Source: Eukaryota sp. GEM-RC1 (taxonomy: Eukaryota). From it: a stretch of 64,000 nucleotides of DNA. The stretch spans positions 620,001 through 684,000 of the forward strand of contig JAUFOQ010000013.1 of the NCBI GenBank assembly GCA_040285855.1, read 5' to 3'. A model generated the notes under the pieces. That model worked only from the letters and a program-made list of their open reading frames with translations, had not been told where the DNA came from and made no database searches. Positions within the stretch are counted from its first letter, which is position 1. Every line of letters begins with the position of its first letter. Below, one piece after another: positions 46,760 through 58,258 of the stretch. A program made the translations under genes and the position numbers.

Positions 46760-47309
46760 GTAATGGTAGTTTTCATTTACATGTATAGTACCAACAACGT
46801 CTATGATCTTCTCATTGTGATGAATTTGAGTATAAATAGTTTAAATATTGGTGGGTCACAGTGTTTGGATTTTTACATGTGGGATCGAACTAGTTTTCGA
46901 TCGTGTGTCGGTTTTTCTCAAAAAAGCATGGGGGAGGGTATTTGTTTTCGGCGTGAGTTCGTGCAAAGTTTGCAAGAGTTCTGGTTCTTATGTCTTGGAG
47001 CAGACAAATGATTTTAAAAAATCAATTTAAAAGGGTTCTTGATTAACATTAATAAAAAAATTAATAATTAGTTAATCAGGAATTGATTGATTGAACTTGG
47101 AATTATGATTTGTTAAAATTCCTGTTATTAGTGTTCTTCAATTGTTGACTGTAGCGTCAATGGATAAACTAGTATATGTGTTTTGTAGAAACATATGTGT
47201 ATTGAACGGAGATAAGTGAAATCAAAACTATAATAAATGTAATTAATCAACACTGGTCTTCTCTCATTTCTTCAGTGATGATAAAGAAAATACAATCTAA
47301 AACAAATTA

Positions 47310-47580
47310 ACGTTTCTTTCTGGGGGAAAAACGAGTAGGAGAAGACTTGCTTCTTGATGAAGCTAGAGTAAGCGGCGGTGTTTTGGATTTCGTCTAGAGG
47401 TTCCCAAGTGGGTTCGGATGCACCGACCCATCTGACGAGTGCTCTTTCGCGAGTAGCCTCGATGGTTAGAACTTATTCGACAAGATGTTCAGCACGGTCT
47501 TGAGCTGTGATGGCTGATAGGTGGTCGGGGTTGGTGGACTGAGGAAGATAAGGCTGCAGGGCTGAAATGTGAGCGACATG
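47310..47580 (-). pseudogene. Relic of a second chromovirus integrase C-terminus (chromodomain)
   Basis: Manual translation: HVAHISALQPYL...EHLVE*VLTIEATRERALVRWVGASEPTWEPLDEIQNTAAYSSFIKK. Confidence 0.72.
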
Positions 47581-48861
47581 TTAATTTTTTTGATGAACTG
47601 TCAATTAATCTAGGAAGGTATCTTTTCTGAGATGCTCAAAATCTTTTAATTTTTTTGGACATGAAAACCCCGTGGCGTGCCCTATAACAAAAAATACTAA
47701 AATAAAAAAATCTAAATTCCATTGGTATCGTCATGGAATTAGCTTCTTCTTCTCCCCCTCCCAAGTGTGAACTTTAAAGAATGAATGATAAATTTAATTA
47801 TTCAAAAACAGTGTCTTCTGGAATAACATCAATGGTTTCTGGTTTGTCCATTAAAGTACTTGTCTAGAAAAGCGTCTTCTTATCTCAGTCCAAATTCACT
47901 GTAACCTTTCTCTTCAAATTTGAGTCAGGTTGTACATCACAACATGAAAATGGATACCAGAATATGCTGATCATTCAAAATTCTGAGTTACTGTATTAAG
48001 GAATTAGGAAAAGTACTTAAGCCAAAATGAGTACACTATAATACTTCGTACTGAGTGCGCATTTGGAAACTTAACAACTGTATAATTGGAGCACGTTAGT
48101 CATAATTTTTCACTCTGAATACTTCTATAAAGTGCAGTACAATAAACTCAATACAAGAACTTCAAAATCAGTCCATAAGGGTGGTACAAAAAGATCAAAT
48201 CCATTAAATATTTTAAATTTTTCTGTCCCAGTTCTAGAGAAAATGTAACTTGTCAACTTATCCAGTACATGTATTACCATAAATTGAAATAAGCACGTGA
48301 TGTTAAAGAAATATTGGACTATGAATATTTCTTAAGTAGACTCAAAGCATTAATTTAGTGGAAAAAGTGATCATTCTTCATGGTTAAGTGTACATAAAGT
48401 CTGCTCTCAATTTAAAGTATATCAATAGAGCACCACTTTCAGGGAAGACTGGCAGTTGAGAAAGAAATGGAAAACCATTTATCAACTGAAGAGTTATAAC
48501 TAATTCTCTGCAACCATTCCTTTCTTTCCAAAAATGACACGTGATACAATAAACTGTGTCAGTTCTTCACTGAATTAAAGGAATGGGACAATCAGTGAAG
48601 AGAGAAGATGAGTGTGTAAGTTAGAAGTTGTCAAGAAGTACATTCAAAAAACTAGAGAAAATGAACGCCAAAATGCCTTTTCAGAAACGAAATGGTGTGA
48701 AAAGTTTGGAGAAGAAAATCGATTGAGATGATACAAAATGTAGTACGATTTAAACAACTCAAGTCCTCAAAGATCAGAGCTATGATTGTATGAGACCTTC
48801 TATTTGGACAAAGAACTGGTTGAGAGAGTTGTCCAAAATTGAAATTAAATCACTTCTCAAC

Positions 48862-51379
48862 ATGGACTGCTTCGTTTGTTGTGAATCGTTCAATCTCTCT
48901 AACCGTGTTCCCCTCCTCATCTGCTGCGAAGGACACACTTGTTGTTCTGAATGTTCAGAGTCCTTGAATCAATGTCCTCTTTGTCGTGGCGATTGTCTTG
49001 AAGATAGGAAAGTAAACTATGCGCTACAGGACCTGGTCAAAGCATCTCGCGATGGAGAACTCTGTCCACAAATCCCCTCAGATCAAATCGTCCTCGAAGA
49101 GAAGATCGCGGAAGGAGGTTTTGCTGACGTTTACTCCGCCCATTGGTTCGATCTCCCCGTCGCCATCAAGATGGTCTCCCTCACAGAGAAAGGACGCATA
49201 GAACTCCAGAGGGAAATGAATCTTCTCTTCTTTCTCAACCATCCTGCTGTCATACGTGTGTTTGGTACCACCTACTTTGATAATTCTATTGGTATCGTCA
49301 TGGAATTAGCTTCTTCTCCTCCCCCTCCCCCTCCCCAAGTCTTCTCTCTCCAACTACTGTCAGGTACGCCAAAGAACTTTGCCAGGCAGTGAAGTTCCTT
49401 CATCTCAAGTCTGTTGTACATGGAGACTTAAAACCAGCCAATGTCCTTTTGGTCGACGACCATGTCAGAGTTGCGGATTTTGGCACTTCCAAGAACCTCG
49501 CCGCCACAACTCTAGTGACTAGAGCAAATGCCATGAGTCCCAAGTATGCTGCCCCTGAGCAGTTTGAATCAAATGCTAGTCCCTTTAGTGATATTTATTC
49601 ACTTGGATTAATACTATATGAACTTTTAACTGGGCGAGAAGCTTTTGCTGGATATTCAATGATGCAAATTTTTGGAGCAAAAGTTCAAGGCAAACCATTA
49701 CCTTTTGATGATTCAACACCAGAATGTTTGAAAGAGATAATAATGAAGTGTTTAAATCCCGATCCATCATTACGGCCTCAAATTAATGAAATCACTGATA
49801 TTTTAAATACTTTGGATGTTTTGGAAGCTGATGGTGTTATTAATGACCAATCCTTTTGATTGATGAAAATGATTCTTTGAAAACTAAAATTGATGAACTC
49901 AGTGATGAAGTTTTGAACTTGAAACGTGAGAATTATGAACTTGTCAATCAAATTCAAAGTATTTCTACTCTAAACAATGAGCTTCATGACAAGGAAAAGT
50001 CTTTTTATCAACAAATTTTAAATTTGGAATCTGACCATTGTTCCTTAAGAGAAGAAAATCAACGTCTTAAATCTCAAATTTTAAAATTAAACCCTCCTGA
50101 TAATGCAATTCCTCAAAAGTCTATTGCACCACCTTCTTTTGGAAGTTCTCAAGGTTCAATTCCAAAGCCAAAGAAGACATTACAACAAGAAATACCTGTA
50201 AAAGGGAAGTTAATAGTAATTATGAAATTGATTTGAGTAAGTTAAAGCCTAGATTGAGGGAGGTTTTGGAAGAAATGAGGAATGGGTCTGTTAGTAAGGT
50301 TAATCTTGGGGGTAACGCTATTGGTAATGAAGGTGCTATTGCATTGGCTGAAGTTTTGAAGGTCAATTCCACTGTTACTCGGATTGATCTTGAGGGTCAG
50401 TCTATTGGTACTGAAGGCGCCATTGTATTGGCTGATGCTTTGAAGGTCAATTCCACTGTTACTCGGATTGATCTTGAGGGTCAGTCTATTGGTACTGAAG
50501 GCGCCATTGTATTGGCTGATGCTTTGAAGGTCAATTCCACTGTTACTAAGATTCATCTTGGGGCTAACTCTATTGGTACTGAAGGTGTCATTGCATTGGC
50601 TGATGCTTTGAAGGTCAATTCTACTGTTACTGAGATTAATCTTGGGGGTAACTCTATTGGTAAAGAAGGTGCCATTGCATTGGCTGATGCTTTGAAGGTC
50701 AATTCTACTGTTACTGAGATTAATCTTGGGGGTAACTCTATTGGTAAAGAAGGTGCCATTGCATTGGCTGATGCTTTGAAGGTCAATTCTACTGTTACTG
50801 AGATTAATCTTGGGGGTAACTCTATTGGTAAAGAAGGTGCCATTGCATTGGCTGATGCTTTGAAGGTCAATTCTACTGTTACTAAGATTGGTCTCTATGT
50901 TAACTCTATTGGTAAGGGAAGGTGCCATTGCATTGGCTGATGCTTTGAAGGTCAATTCTACTGTTACTGAGATTAATCTTGGGGGTAACTCTATTGGTAA
51001 AGAAGGTGCCATTGCATTGGCTGATGCTGTGAAGGTCAATTCTACTGTTACTAAGATTGAACTTTATAATAACTCTATTGGTAATGAAGGTGCCATTGCA
51101 TTAGCTGATTCTTTGAAGGTGAATTCCACTGTTACTGAGATTAGTCTTGGGGGTAACTCTATTGGTAATGAAGGTGCCATTGCATTAGCTGATTCTTTGA
51201 AGGTGAATTCCACTGTTACTGAGATTAGTCTTGGGGGTAACTCTATTGGTAAAGAAGGTGCCATTGCATTGGCTGGTGCTTTGAAGGTTAATTCCACTGT
51301 TACTGAGATGGGTCTTCCGTATTGTACTGAGACTAGACAACTCATCAAAAGAATCTCAGATATTCGCATCAGGTTCTAA
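48862..51379 (+). CDS. RING finger, TKL-like protein kinase, coiled coil and 12 RI-like LRRs; four frameshifts (about 49330, 49855, 50205, 50916)
   Basis: RING CFVC...CCEGHTCCSEC...CPLC; kinase IAEGGFADVY, VAIK, HGDLKPAN, DFG, YAAPE, SDIYSLG; 28-aa LRR LxxNxIGxEGAIALADALKVNSTV. Confidence 0.82.
50293..51301 (+). repeat. 12 x 84-bp coding tandem repeat (LRR)
   Basis: Repeating ...ctattggta..gaaggtgccattgcattggctgatgctttgaaggtcaattc.actgttact... with one +1 indel near 50916. Confidence 0.95.
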
Positions 51380-54300
51380 TTTTCATTTGTTAACTCACTA
51401 CGTGTCAATTGATGACGTTTTCTTCTTCCATCATCATCTTCCGTATGTATTCTTATTGAAATATTGTATCATATTTAGAAAGTACATTTACCTACAATAA
51501 ACCTCTGGAAATCTTTGGATATGTTTGTCCTATTGCCAAGAATTAATTATGATGTTTCAACTTACTACCCTCTCCTAAACCTATTTAGTCTTTTCTAGAG
51601 CTGTGTAACTTCACTCCAACTGAAGTCACTTGTAGACTTCACCCCAAACTTATTGAATTTCGTCTTTCCAAGGTTCTTCCCGTTTGACGATGTTGTCACC
51701 TCTTTTCGGATAAAGAAACACTTTGAGATTTCTTTCGTAACGCTGTCTTCTCAAAGTAACTTTTTAACTTTTTTTCATTTTAACAGTTACACAAAAGAGT
51801 TTTTGATTTTTTGTAAAAATTGAGTTCAGATTTGGTAAAAAGTGTAACAAGTGTTAATAGAAAGTCATAGTGACTTTTCTGCTTCTTAAGTCAATTTATA
51901 GATTCAATTCTTTCATGTTGGGAAAGTTGTTTGATGAAAATTCAATTGTATAATAAACAGTTTTATTGTTTTTTGAATGATAAATCTGACTCCCATAAAT
52001 GCATTAAAGGCTTGAAGCTGAACCAATCACTTTGACCTTTGTTAATGGAAGAACTATTTGAGATTGTTTGTTCTCGAGTTAATTGTAATCGTATCATAAC
52101 ATGTTTGTTGTATTGTAAAAGAGCTGAAAATTGAATATTTAATATATTTCTAAACCAACCAGCAAAAAATGTTCCGCTGCTGCAACATTCATATATTTAT
52201 ATATTGCACAAGGTTCTCTGTCCCAATATATTGCAAAGTGTTGCGATACATTGATATACTTATGTCATTCATTGTAGAAAAACTCCGACAATTGATGTGG
52301 AGTCCACTCAATAGAAAACAGCATTAAGTTGTTCTAAGGAACTGGAATTGCTTCAAAACGGCACATGAAATCATCGAAGTCTATCAGAACTTTCAAGTGG
52401 CTGCTCCTTCACAGGTTTAGTGGACCAGTTTTATACTATCGCTAATTTGTAACATCCTGCAAGGTCTGCAATAGAGGGCAAGAGAGTATATTACTACAAC
52501 ATTTGTCATCGTCTTATTTTAGATGAAAGTACTATCACATGGTTTCCACTCCACCCCCCCCATAGCCCCCATGACCATCCTCACCATCCATCGCTGTTCT
52601 ATTTCTCATACAACTAAAGTGTCTCTAGATTGCGAATGTCGTTTCGACTTTAGAAATATAAATTAGAATAAGTTTAAGAAGATGTTTGGAGGATGCAGAG
52701 GAACAGGGAGAAAGGACAACAAACTCAACGTTTAATGTGTTCAACTTGGTCAATAGAGCATACATGGATCTGTTGCAGAGGTAGAAAAAACGGGTTTTCG
52801 ATCCGAAACATTTATATGTTTTAGAAATAGAAATGTATAGAACATAATCCCCAATCTTGTTTTTGTGCGAGGATTCCTGATAAAGTAATTTATAATACAA
52901 TTATAATTTGAACAAGAAAGTGCCAAAAACAAATGTGAAATAAACATAGATAAAATATTGTTCATAGATGAAGATAATACATTTTAGGTCTGCTAAATAC
53001 ATGTACAAATAGAACAAGATAACACAAAATATTTGTTTTTACTAGGGTTGTACATGGCGTTTTTCACGTCTATGTCCGTCTTCGTCTATATCCGTCTTGA
53101 GACGTAACTTCAGATAAACAGACGTTAGTGTCTGTTATATTGGGGTTACCGTTAACAGCAAATCCAGTGAATTATCAGCATCTTTAGCTAACATATACTA
53201 AAGTGAATTGCTTTAGTGTCATAAATATACTTGTTTGCCCTGTTCGTCTAAAACTGTATATCACATCAAATCATCTACAATAAGTGGCCAAAACAAAACA
53301 AAACCTTATTACTGACGTCAATTACTGGATTCAGATATTCTCATGTCCTCACAACGAACCACATCATCTTCATCATCACCCAGTTGGTCTTGATCAATAG
53401 TCCATATCATCAGGATTTCCTTCAAAAGCAATGTTATAGTAGGATGACCAATCTATGGTCTTGATGAAAATGGAGATATGATGAGGGAAGGAAAAAAATG
53501 TTACGTGTCATAGTTCAAGTCATGATAAGGGAAAACCCTATTCATCAGGGGGAGTTGTTGACTCATCTAAATGTATCTAATTTTTTACTTCTTATGATTG
53601 CTTCAATGTTATTGTTGTCATCGAGAAAATCAGCTTTTTAGATGAAATAAGATACTAGTATCTGTCGTTTACTCCTGAACAGTCTGTGTGTTGGATGAGA
53701 AGACAGATTCATCAACATCTACTATTTTGTTACATGAAATTTTGATGGTTGCTGTGAAAATGAGCACAATGTACGGTTATGGTAATCATAAGGACAGGGT
53801 CTTTTGAGAAGTGTTCATTTGACTATGATCTGAGAGAGCTTTCGCGCTTAGTTTAAGTATACTCGACCTCAAATCAATGGATAACTGAAGGAAATTTTGT
53901 ATTTCGTTTTGTTTTTATTTATTTGACCGTTTAGGAAACAGTGCAATTGTTCTAAACAATTTCGGTAAAATCATAAAAATTAGGATGAGCAAACGTTTTG
54001 ATCATATGCTATAGTTTAATCGTATCGTTTTTCCTGTTCTTGAAACAATCCTAATAATCTCCAAATCACTAGCTGTGAGTTACTTATATGGGGACAGAGC
54101 TTTTGTAAGATTTGATAGTGACGAGTGTTCGTTTAGTGTTATCCAATTATAGTGTTATTGTTTCATTGCATTTATAAACTTGTAGATTCAATAAAAAAAT
54201 ATTTGCATGATCGCTAAAAAGTGTCTACAATAAATGTATCTATTTATGAAAGGCCATGTTCCGTCTGTACTTAAACGATTGTTGGGAAAAAGTGATCCAG

Positions 54301-54826
54301 TACAAGAGTTTTTTGAAAAGAGGTCGTAAGAATGTGCAATACACGTTTTAAAAAATAGTATTTATAACAAAAGATGTTGCAATGCGAAATATAGGATCAA
54401 TTGTGTTGTTTAGATTGATTAATGAAACAACAGAAACACGATATAGAACAGATGATCAATTCCAAGAGCGGTGAACTGAACTAAACCTAGACCACACAAG
54501 TAAAATCAGGGTTGCGCCAGTGCTTGCCATGTACGTATGGGCAGCCCATTATAGGCTGTCTGAATAATCTGAATGACATGTCTAAGCCCATACGGCCATA
54601 TTGGTATAGCGTAACACTGATTGACATTGCTAACACAACAAATTCACTAATCAATCAATTTTTATAAACTGAACTATTACCAGCCGTAATTAGTGTTCTC
54701 AGTTTAAATTTTGGAAAAATCACATGTATACTATTTCTGGTACAACTTCCTTCTTGAAAGGACATTTGGCCTCAAAAATATAGAATTCGAATTGAAATAA
54801 CATTAAGATAGAGTTTTATGTAAAAT

Positions 54827-54842
54827 AGTGTTGAAAAACACC
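54827..54842 (-). promoter_or_regulatory. Histone 3' stem-loop (H2A)
   Basis: Minus strand GGTGTT-TTTC-AACACT, 13 nt after the stop. Confidence 0.8.
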
Positions 54843-54855
54843 AAACGTCAACAAC

Positions 54856-55236
54856 TTAAATCTCTTGAGAACCAGACTCAGCGGTATCGCGAGATCTGGA
54901 ACCTTTAGGTAACAAATCAGAGTGAATATGAGGCAAAACACCACCGGAAGGAATCATAATATGAGACAAGAGCTTGCTAAGTTCTTCATCATTACGGATA
55001 GCCAAGAGAATATGACGAGGAACAATGCGAGACTTCTTGTTGTCTCTTGCAGCGTTACCAGACAATTCCAAAACTTCAGCAGTTAGATACTCAAGGACAG
55101 CAGCCATGTAAACAGGAGCTCCAGCACCAACACGTTCGGAATACTTGCCTTCACGTAGATATCTACGGATACGACCAACGGGGAATTGGAGTCCAGCTTT
55201 GTAGGAGAGAGTACGAGCACCAGTTTCTTCAGACAT
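54856..55236 (-). CDS. H2A: Histone H2A with C-terminal SQEI (H2A.X-type) motif
   Basis: [56 protein letters not shown]...SQEI; ATG at 55236. Confidence 0.97.
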   Translation of the reverse strand: MSEETGARTLSYKAGLQFPVGRIRRYLREGKYSERVGAGAPVYMAAVLEYLTAEVLELSGNAARDNKKSRIVPRHILLAIRNDEELSKLLSHIMIPSGGVLPHIHSDLLPKGSRSRDTAESGSQEI

Positions 55237-55259
55237 TGAGAGAGGATTATGATGGAAAT

Positions 55260-55312
55260 GAATTCTCGTCGGAAAAGAACACGACAATCCAGGTGAGGCA
55301 GAGATTCTCGTG
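55260..55312 (-). promoter_or_regulatory. Candidate histone promoter motifs in the H2A/H2B bidirectional spacer
   Basis: Minus-strand cacgagaatc (55312-55303) and gacgagaattc (55270-55260). The same ACGAGAA core lies upstream of H3 (56083) and H4 (56811). Confidence 0.55.
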
Positions 55313-55382
55313 GTGTGGCGGCTCACTGGAATTCAAACTGTTCTTCTTTCAACAAATTCTGAAACTCAGTATTCAACTTACA

Positions 55383-55812
55383 ATGCCCGGAAAGAAATCT
55401 GTAAAGTCAACCAAATCCACCAAGTCTATCAAAGGTGTACCAGCCAAAGCACCCTCAAAGGCTCCCGCTAAAGCCGTTGCCGAAGGTGGTGCCCCCGTTG
55501 TAGTTAAGCGTAAAAAGGCCCGTAAGGAGACCTGGGCTACCTATATCTACCGTGTTTTGCGTCAAGTTCATCCCGATACTGGTATTTCAACCAAAGCCAT
55601 GGGTATCATGAACTCTTTTGTCAATGACATCTTCGAACGTATTGCTACTGAAGCTTCTCGTCTTGCCCGTATTAACAAGAGAAACACTCTGTCCTCTCGC
55701 GAGATTCAAACTGCTGTCAGACTTCTTCTACCTGGTGAACTTTCCAAGCATGCTGTTTCTGGAAGGAACCAAGGCTGTTACCAAGTTTAGTTCTTCTGGA
55801 GAAGCTGAATAG
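55383..55812 (+). CDS. H2B: Histone H2B with one +1 indel near 55761
   Basis: [42 protein letters not shown]...ELSKHAVS, then [11 protein letters not shown] after removing one G. Confidence 0.95.
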
Positions 55813-55827
55813 GTTCTTTCAATTATC

Positions 55828-55843
55828 GGTGTTTCTCAACACT
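55828..55843 (+). promoter_or_regulatory. Histone 3' stem-loop (H2B)
   Basis: GGTGTT-TCTC-AACACT, 15 nt after the stop. Confidence 0.8.
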
Positions 55844-56146
55844 TTTATAAACTAATTTCTTCTCATTATTCTTTCTCATGTTTTCTATTTAACACATAAC
55901 AACATGTGATTCAATAGACTTAAATTAACTCACACAGCGATCGGTAAAGCTTCTGAGCATCATTACTGTTACAACATATGTCTGTTGCACAACTATCACT
56001 GAAACAACCTAAACCATGGTGAAACACCACACTTCAATGAATGTAAAACCAGCACGGCAATAAGCACTACAAAAATTCTATGCACGAGAATTTCAGAATG
56101 TCTTGAAATGTTGGAAAACCTTACATTATCATGTCTTCATCTTATC

Positions 56147-56554
56147 ATGGCTCGTACTAAGCAAACTTCTCGCAAAACCACTTCTGCCAAAACCCCCAGA
56201 AAGCATTTGGCTCATAAAGCTGCTCGTAAAGCAGCACCTGCTACTGGTGGAATCAAGAAACCCCATCGTTATCGTCCTGGAACCGTTGCTCTTCGTGAAA
56301 TCAGAAAGTACCAAAAATCTACTGAATTACTGATCCGTAAATTGCCTTTCCAACGTTTAGTTCGTGAAATCGCTCAAGAATTCAAGGGAGAACTCCGTTT
56401 CCAAGCCACCGGTATTTCAGCTCTGCAAGAAGCTGCTGAAGCTTATCTAGTTGGTCTTTTTGAAGACACTAACTTGTGTGCCATTCATGCTAAAAGAGTT
56501 ACCATTATGCCCAAAGATATGGCTTTAGCAAAGAGAATTCGTTCAGATTTCTAA
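56147..56554 (+). CDS. H3: Histone H3
   Basis: [19 protein letters not shown]...[43 protein letters not shown] at 56147. Confidence 0.98.
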   Translation: MARTKQTSRKTTSAKTPRKHLAHKAARKAAPATGGIKKPHRYRPGTVALREIRKYQKSTELLIRKLPFQRLVREIAQEFKGELRFQATGISALQEAAEAYLVGLFEDTNLCAIHAKRVTIMPKDMALAKRIRSDF

Positions 56555-56567
56555 GTATTTAATCAAT

Positions 56568-56583
56568 GGTGTTTATCAACACT
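56568..56583 (+). promoter_or_regulatory. Histone 3' stem-loop (H3)
   Basis: GGTGTT-TATC-AACACT, 13 nt after the stop. Confidence 0.8.
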
Positions 56584-56895
56584 GTTTCTATTTTATAAAA
56601 AACCGGTTAGTTTCTTTCTGTTTTCTTACATAACATTGACTGTATTGTCCATTGTGGTTAATACTGGAACTGGTTAGTTTCAACGTTTTCGCACAAACAC
56701 CTAAATGTTCCTCTTGCATTCGTGTCACACCAGATCATAAACTGTTTCATAGTACGCAACAATTCGCTTAGTAAAACACAGACGTGTTCGTCCAAGAACA
56801 AAGACTCCAACACGAGAAATTCTTTGAAGCACAACAATTTGACAATCTCAATTCAACTTCCAAAATGTTGAATCTTCTCCATATTATCTATTCTA

Positions 56896-57207
56896 ATGGC
56901 TGGTCGTGGTAAAGGTGGTAAAGGTCTTGGTAAAGGTGGAGCTAAACGTCATCGCAAAGTTCTTCGAGAGAACATTCAGGGTATCACAAAGCCCGCTATC
57001 CGTCGTCTCGCTCGCCGTGGTGGTGTTAAGCGTATCTCTGCTCTTATCTATGATGAAACTCGTACCGTTCTCCGTACTTTCTTGGAAAACGTCATCCGTG
57101 ATTCAGTTACTTATTGTGAGCATGCTAGAAGGAAGACTGTCACTGCTATGGATGTTGTCTATGCTTTGAAACGTCATGGGCGTGTCTTGTACGGTTTTGG
57201 TGTTTAG
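56896..57207 (+). CDS. H4: Histone H4
   Basis: [48 protein letters not shown]...LYGFGV. Confidence 0.99.
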   Translation: MAGRGKGGKGLGKGGAKRHRKVLRENIQGITKPAIRRLARRGGVKRISALIYDETRTVLRTFLENVIRDSVTYCEHARRKTVTAMDVVYALKRHGRVLYGFGV

Positions 57208-57227
57208 GTTGTTTCTCTTTTTAAGAT

Positions 57228-57243
57228 GGTGTTTCTGAACACC
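57228..57243 (+). promoter_or_regulatory. Histone 3' stem-loop (H4)
   Basis: GGTGTT-TCTG-AACACC, 20 nt after the stop. Confidence 0.8.
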
Positions 57244-57553
57244 TCTGTTTCAAATACACTCGATGATGGTACTTATCTTTATGTAGTACAAGGTTTTTAG
57301 GGTCTGCGGGACGTAAAACATGGTCCCTCAGTTCAGAAAAACAATGGATGAACAAACAAAGCGATGTGTATCACCTAGGTGTTGTGCACTGATAGACAAA
57401 GGCCTCAACTGTGTGAGATCGGGGAGAAGTTGTCTATGGTGAGAATTTGGATATTTGAAATGGTTGAAAAATGACACGCAGAATATGAAACGTAATATTT
57501 GACTCATTTGCTCAAATCAACATTGAAATTTAAATATATTTGGGTTCCTACTT

Positions 57554-58258
57554 ATGTGTTCTAGAATCCAAAGTTTTTCTTGCTTGTTAGATCAAGCCTT
57601 CGTTCCGGACGAGACTCCGGGTATGTTTAGAGAGTTAACTCTAGGGCGGTGTATTGAGAACGAACTCAAGATCCGCAACGTCGCTGCTTGCTTCGACTTG
57701 AGGTGCGCTGTTGATGTCAGCGAGTTGGTCTTTGCTTTGAAAAACGCTACTGTGAATCCAAGATTCCCTAGTCTTGATGTGAAACTTAGCAGACCAAAAG
57801 TCATGGCTAAAATCTCTAAGTCAGGCAAGGTGAATATTGTAGGAGCTCTGAGCGAAGCTGACTGCATAGCTGCCATGAGACGAGTGGTGAAGTTGCTCAG
57901 AAGGTTGAAAGTCCCTTGTAGCGCTCAGCCTTCAGGCTTCAGAGTCTACCAGACGATGGCCACATCGAATCTGGGTAGAAACATTGATCTGGATCAAATT
58001 CTGATGAGCCACTTTTCCTGTAGTGACTACGATGTAGAGCACTTCCTAAGGATTAGCTTCAAACTTAAAGAACTGCAAGTAACAGTGCAGATGTACGGCA
58101 GTGGAAGCCTGGTCTTTCTTGGACCAAATGCTGATGCCGTTAGACAAGCTGTTACCCCTATTTCTCAGGTACTTGAAGGCAATTTGCCTCAAGGAGAAAC
58201 ATTGGAAGTGAGTTCAAAGGAACCCCATCCACCCCCCCCCCCAACCCCCCACTCCTAA
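57554..58258 (+). CDS. Divergent TATA-binding protein (TBP-like factor)
   Basis: Two TBP repeats: IRNVAACFDLRCAVDV...NATVNPRFPSLDVKLSRPKVMAKISKSGKVNIVGALSEAD and QTMATSNLGRNIDL...DYDVEHFLRISFKL...VQMYGSGSLVFLG. Confidence 0.85.
   Translation: MCSRIQSFSCLLDQAFVPDETPGMFRELTLGRCIENELKIRNVAACFDLRCAVDVSELVFALKNATVNPRFPSLDVKLSRPKVMAKISKSGKVNIVGALSEADCIAAMRRVVKLLRRLKVPCSAQPSGFRVYQTMATSNLGRNIDLDQILMSHFSCSDYDVEHFLRISFKLKELQVTVQMYGSGSLVFLGPNADAVRQAVTPISQVLEGNLPQGETLEVSSKEPHPPPPPTPHS

Noticed and set aside
50242..51369. Long minus-strand ORFs and a CRISPR-like periodic array
   Set aside because: These are antisense shadows of the 84-bp coding LRR repeat. There are no unique spacers or cas genes.
54507..54619. 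Mini hAT-like element (cagggttgcgcca...tagcgtaacactg), and single TIR-like starts near 51596 and 53043
   Set aside because: TIR and TSD matches are weak or partners are absent; probably old relics but not supportable.
55047..55382. N-terminally extended H2B (247 aa) and H2A (156 aa) in the ORF track
   Set aside because: The extensions come from TTG/GTG starts and overlap antisense H2A or the spacer. ATG starts at 55383 and 55236 give normal histones.
55740..55812. Programmed frameshifting or pseudogenisation of H2B, and similar breaks in the Kelch, kinase-LRR and TFIP11-like genes
   Set aside because: The breaks are single-base indels, several in short homopolymers, with no shared slippery motif, in otherwise conserved genes. 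Sequencing or assembly error is more likely; reads are needed to confirm.
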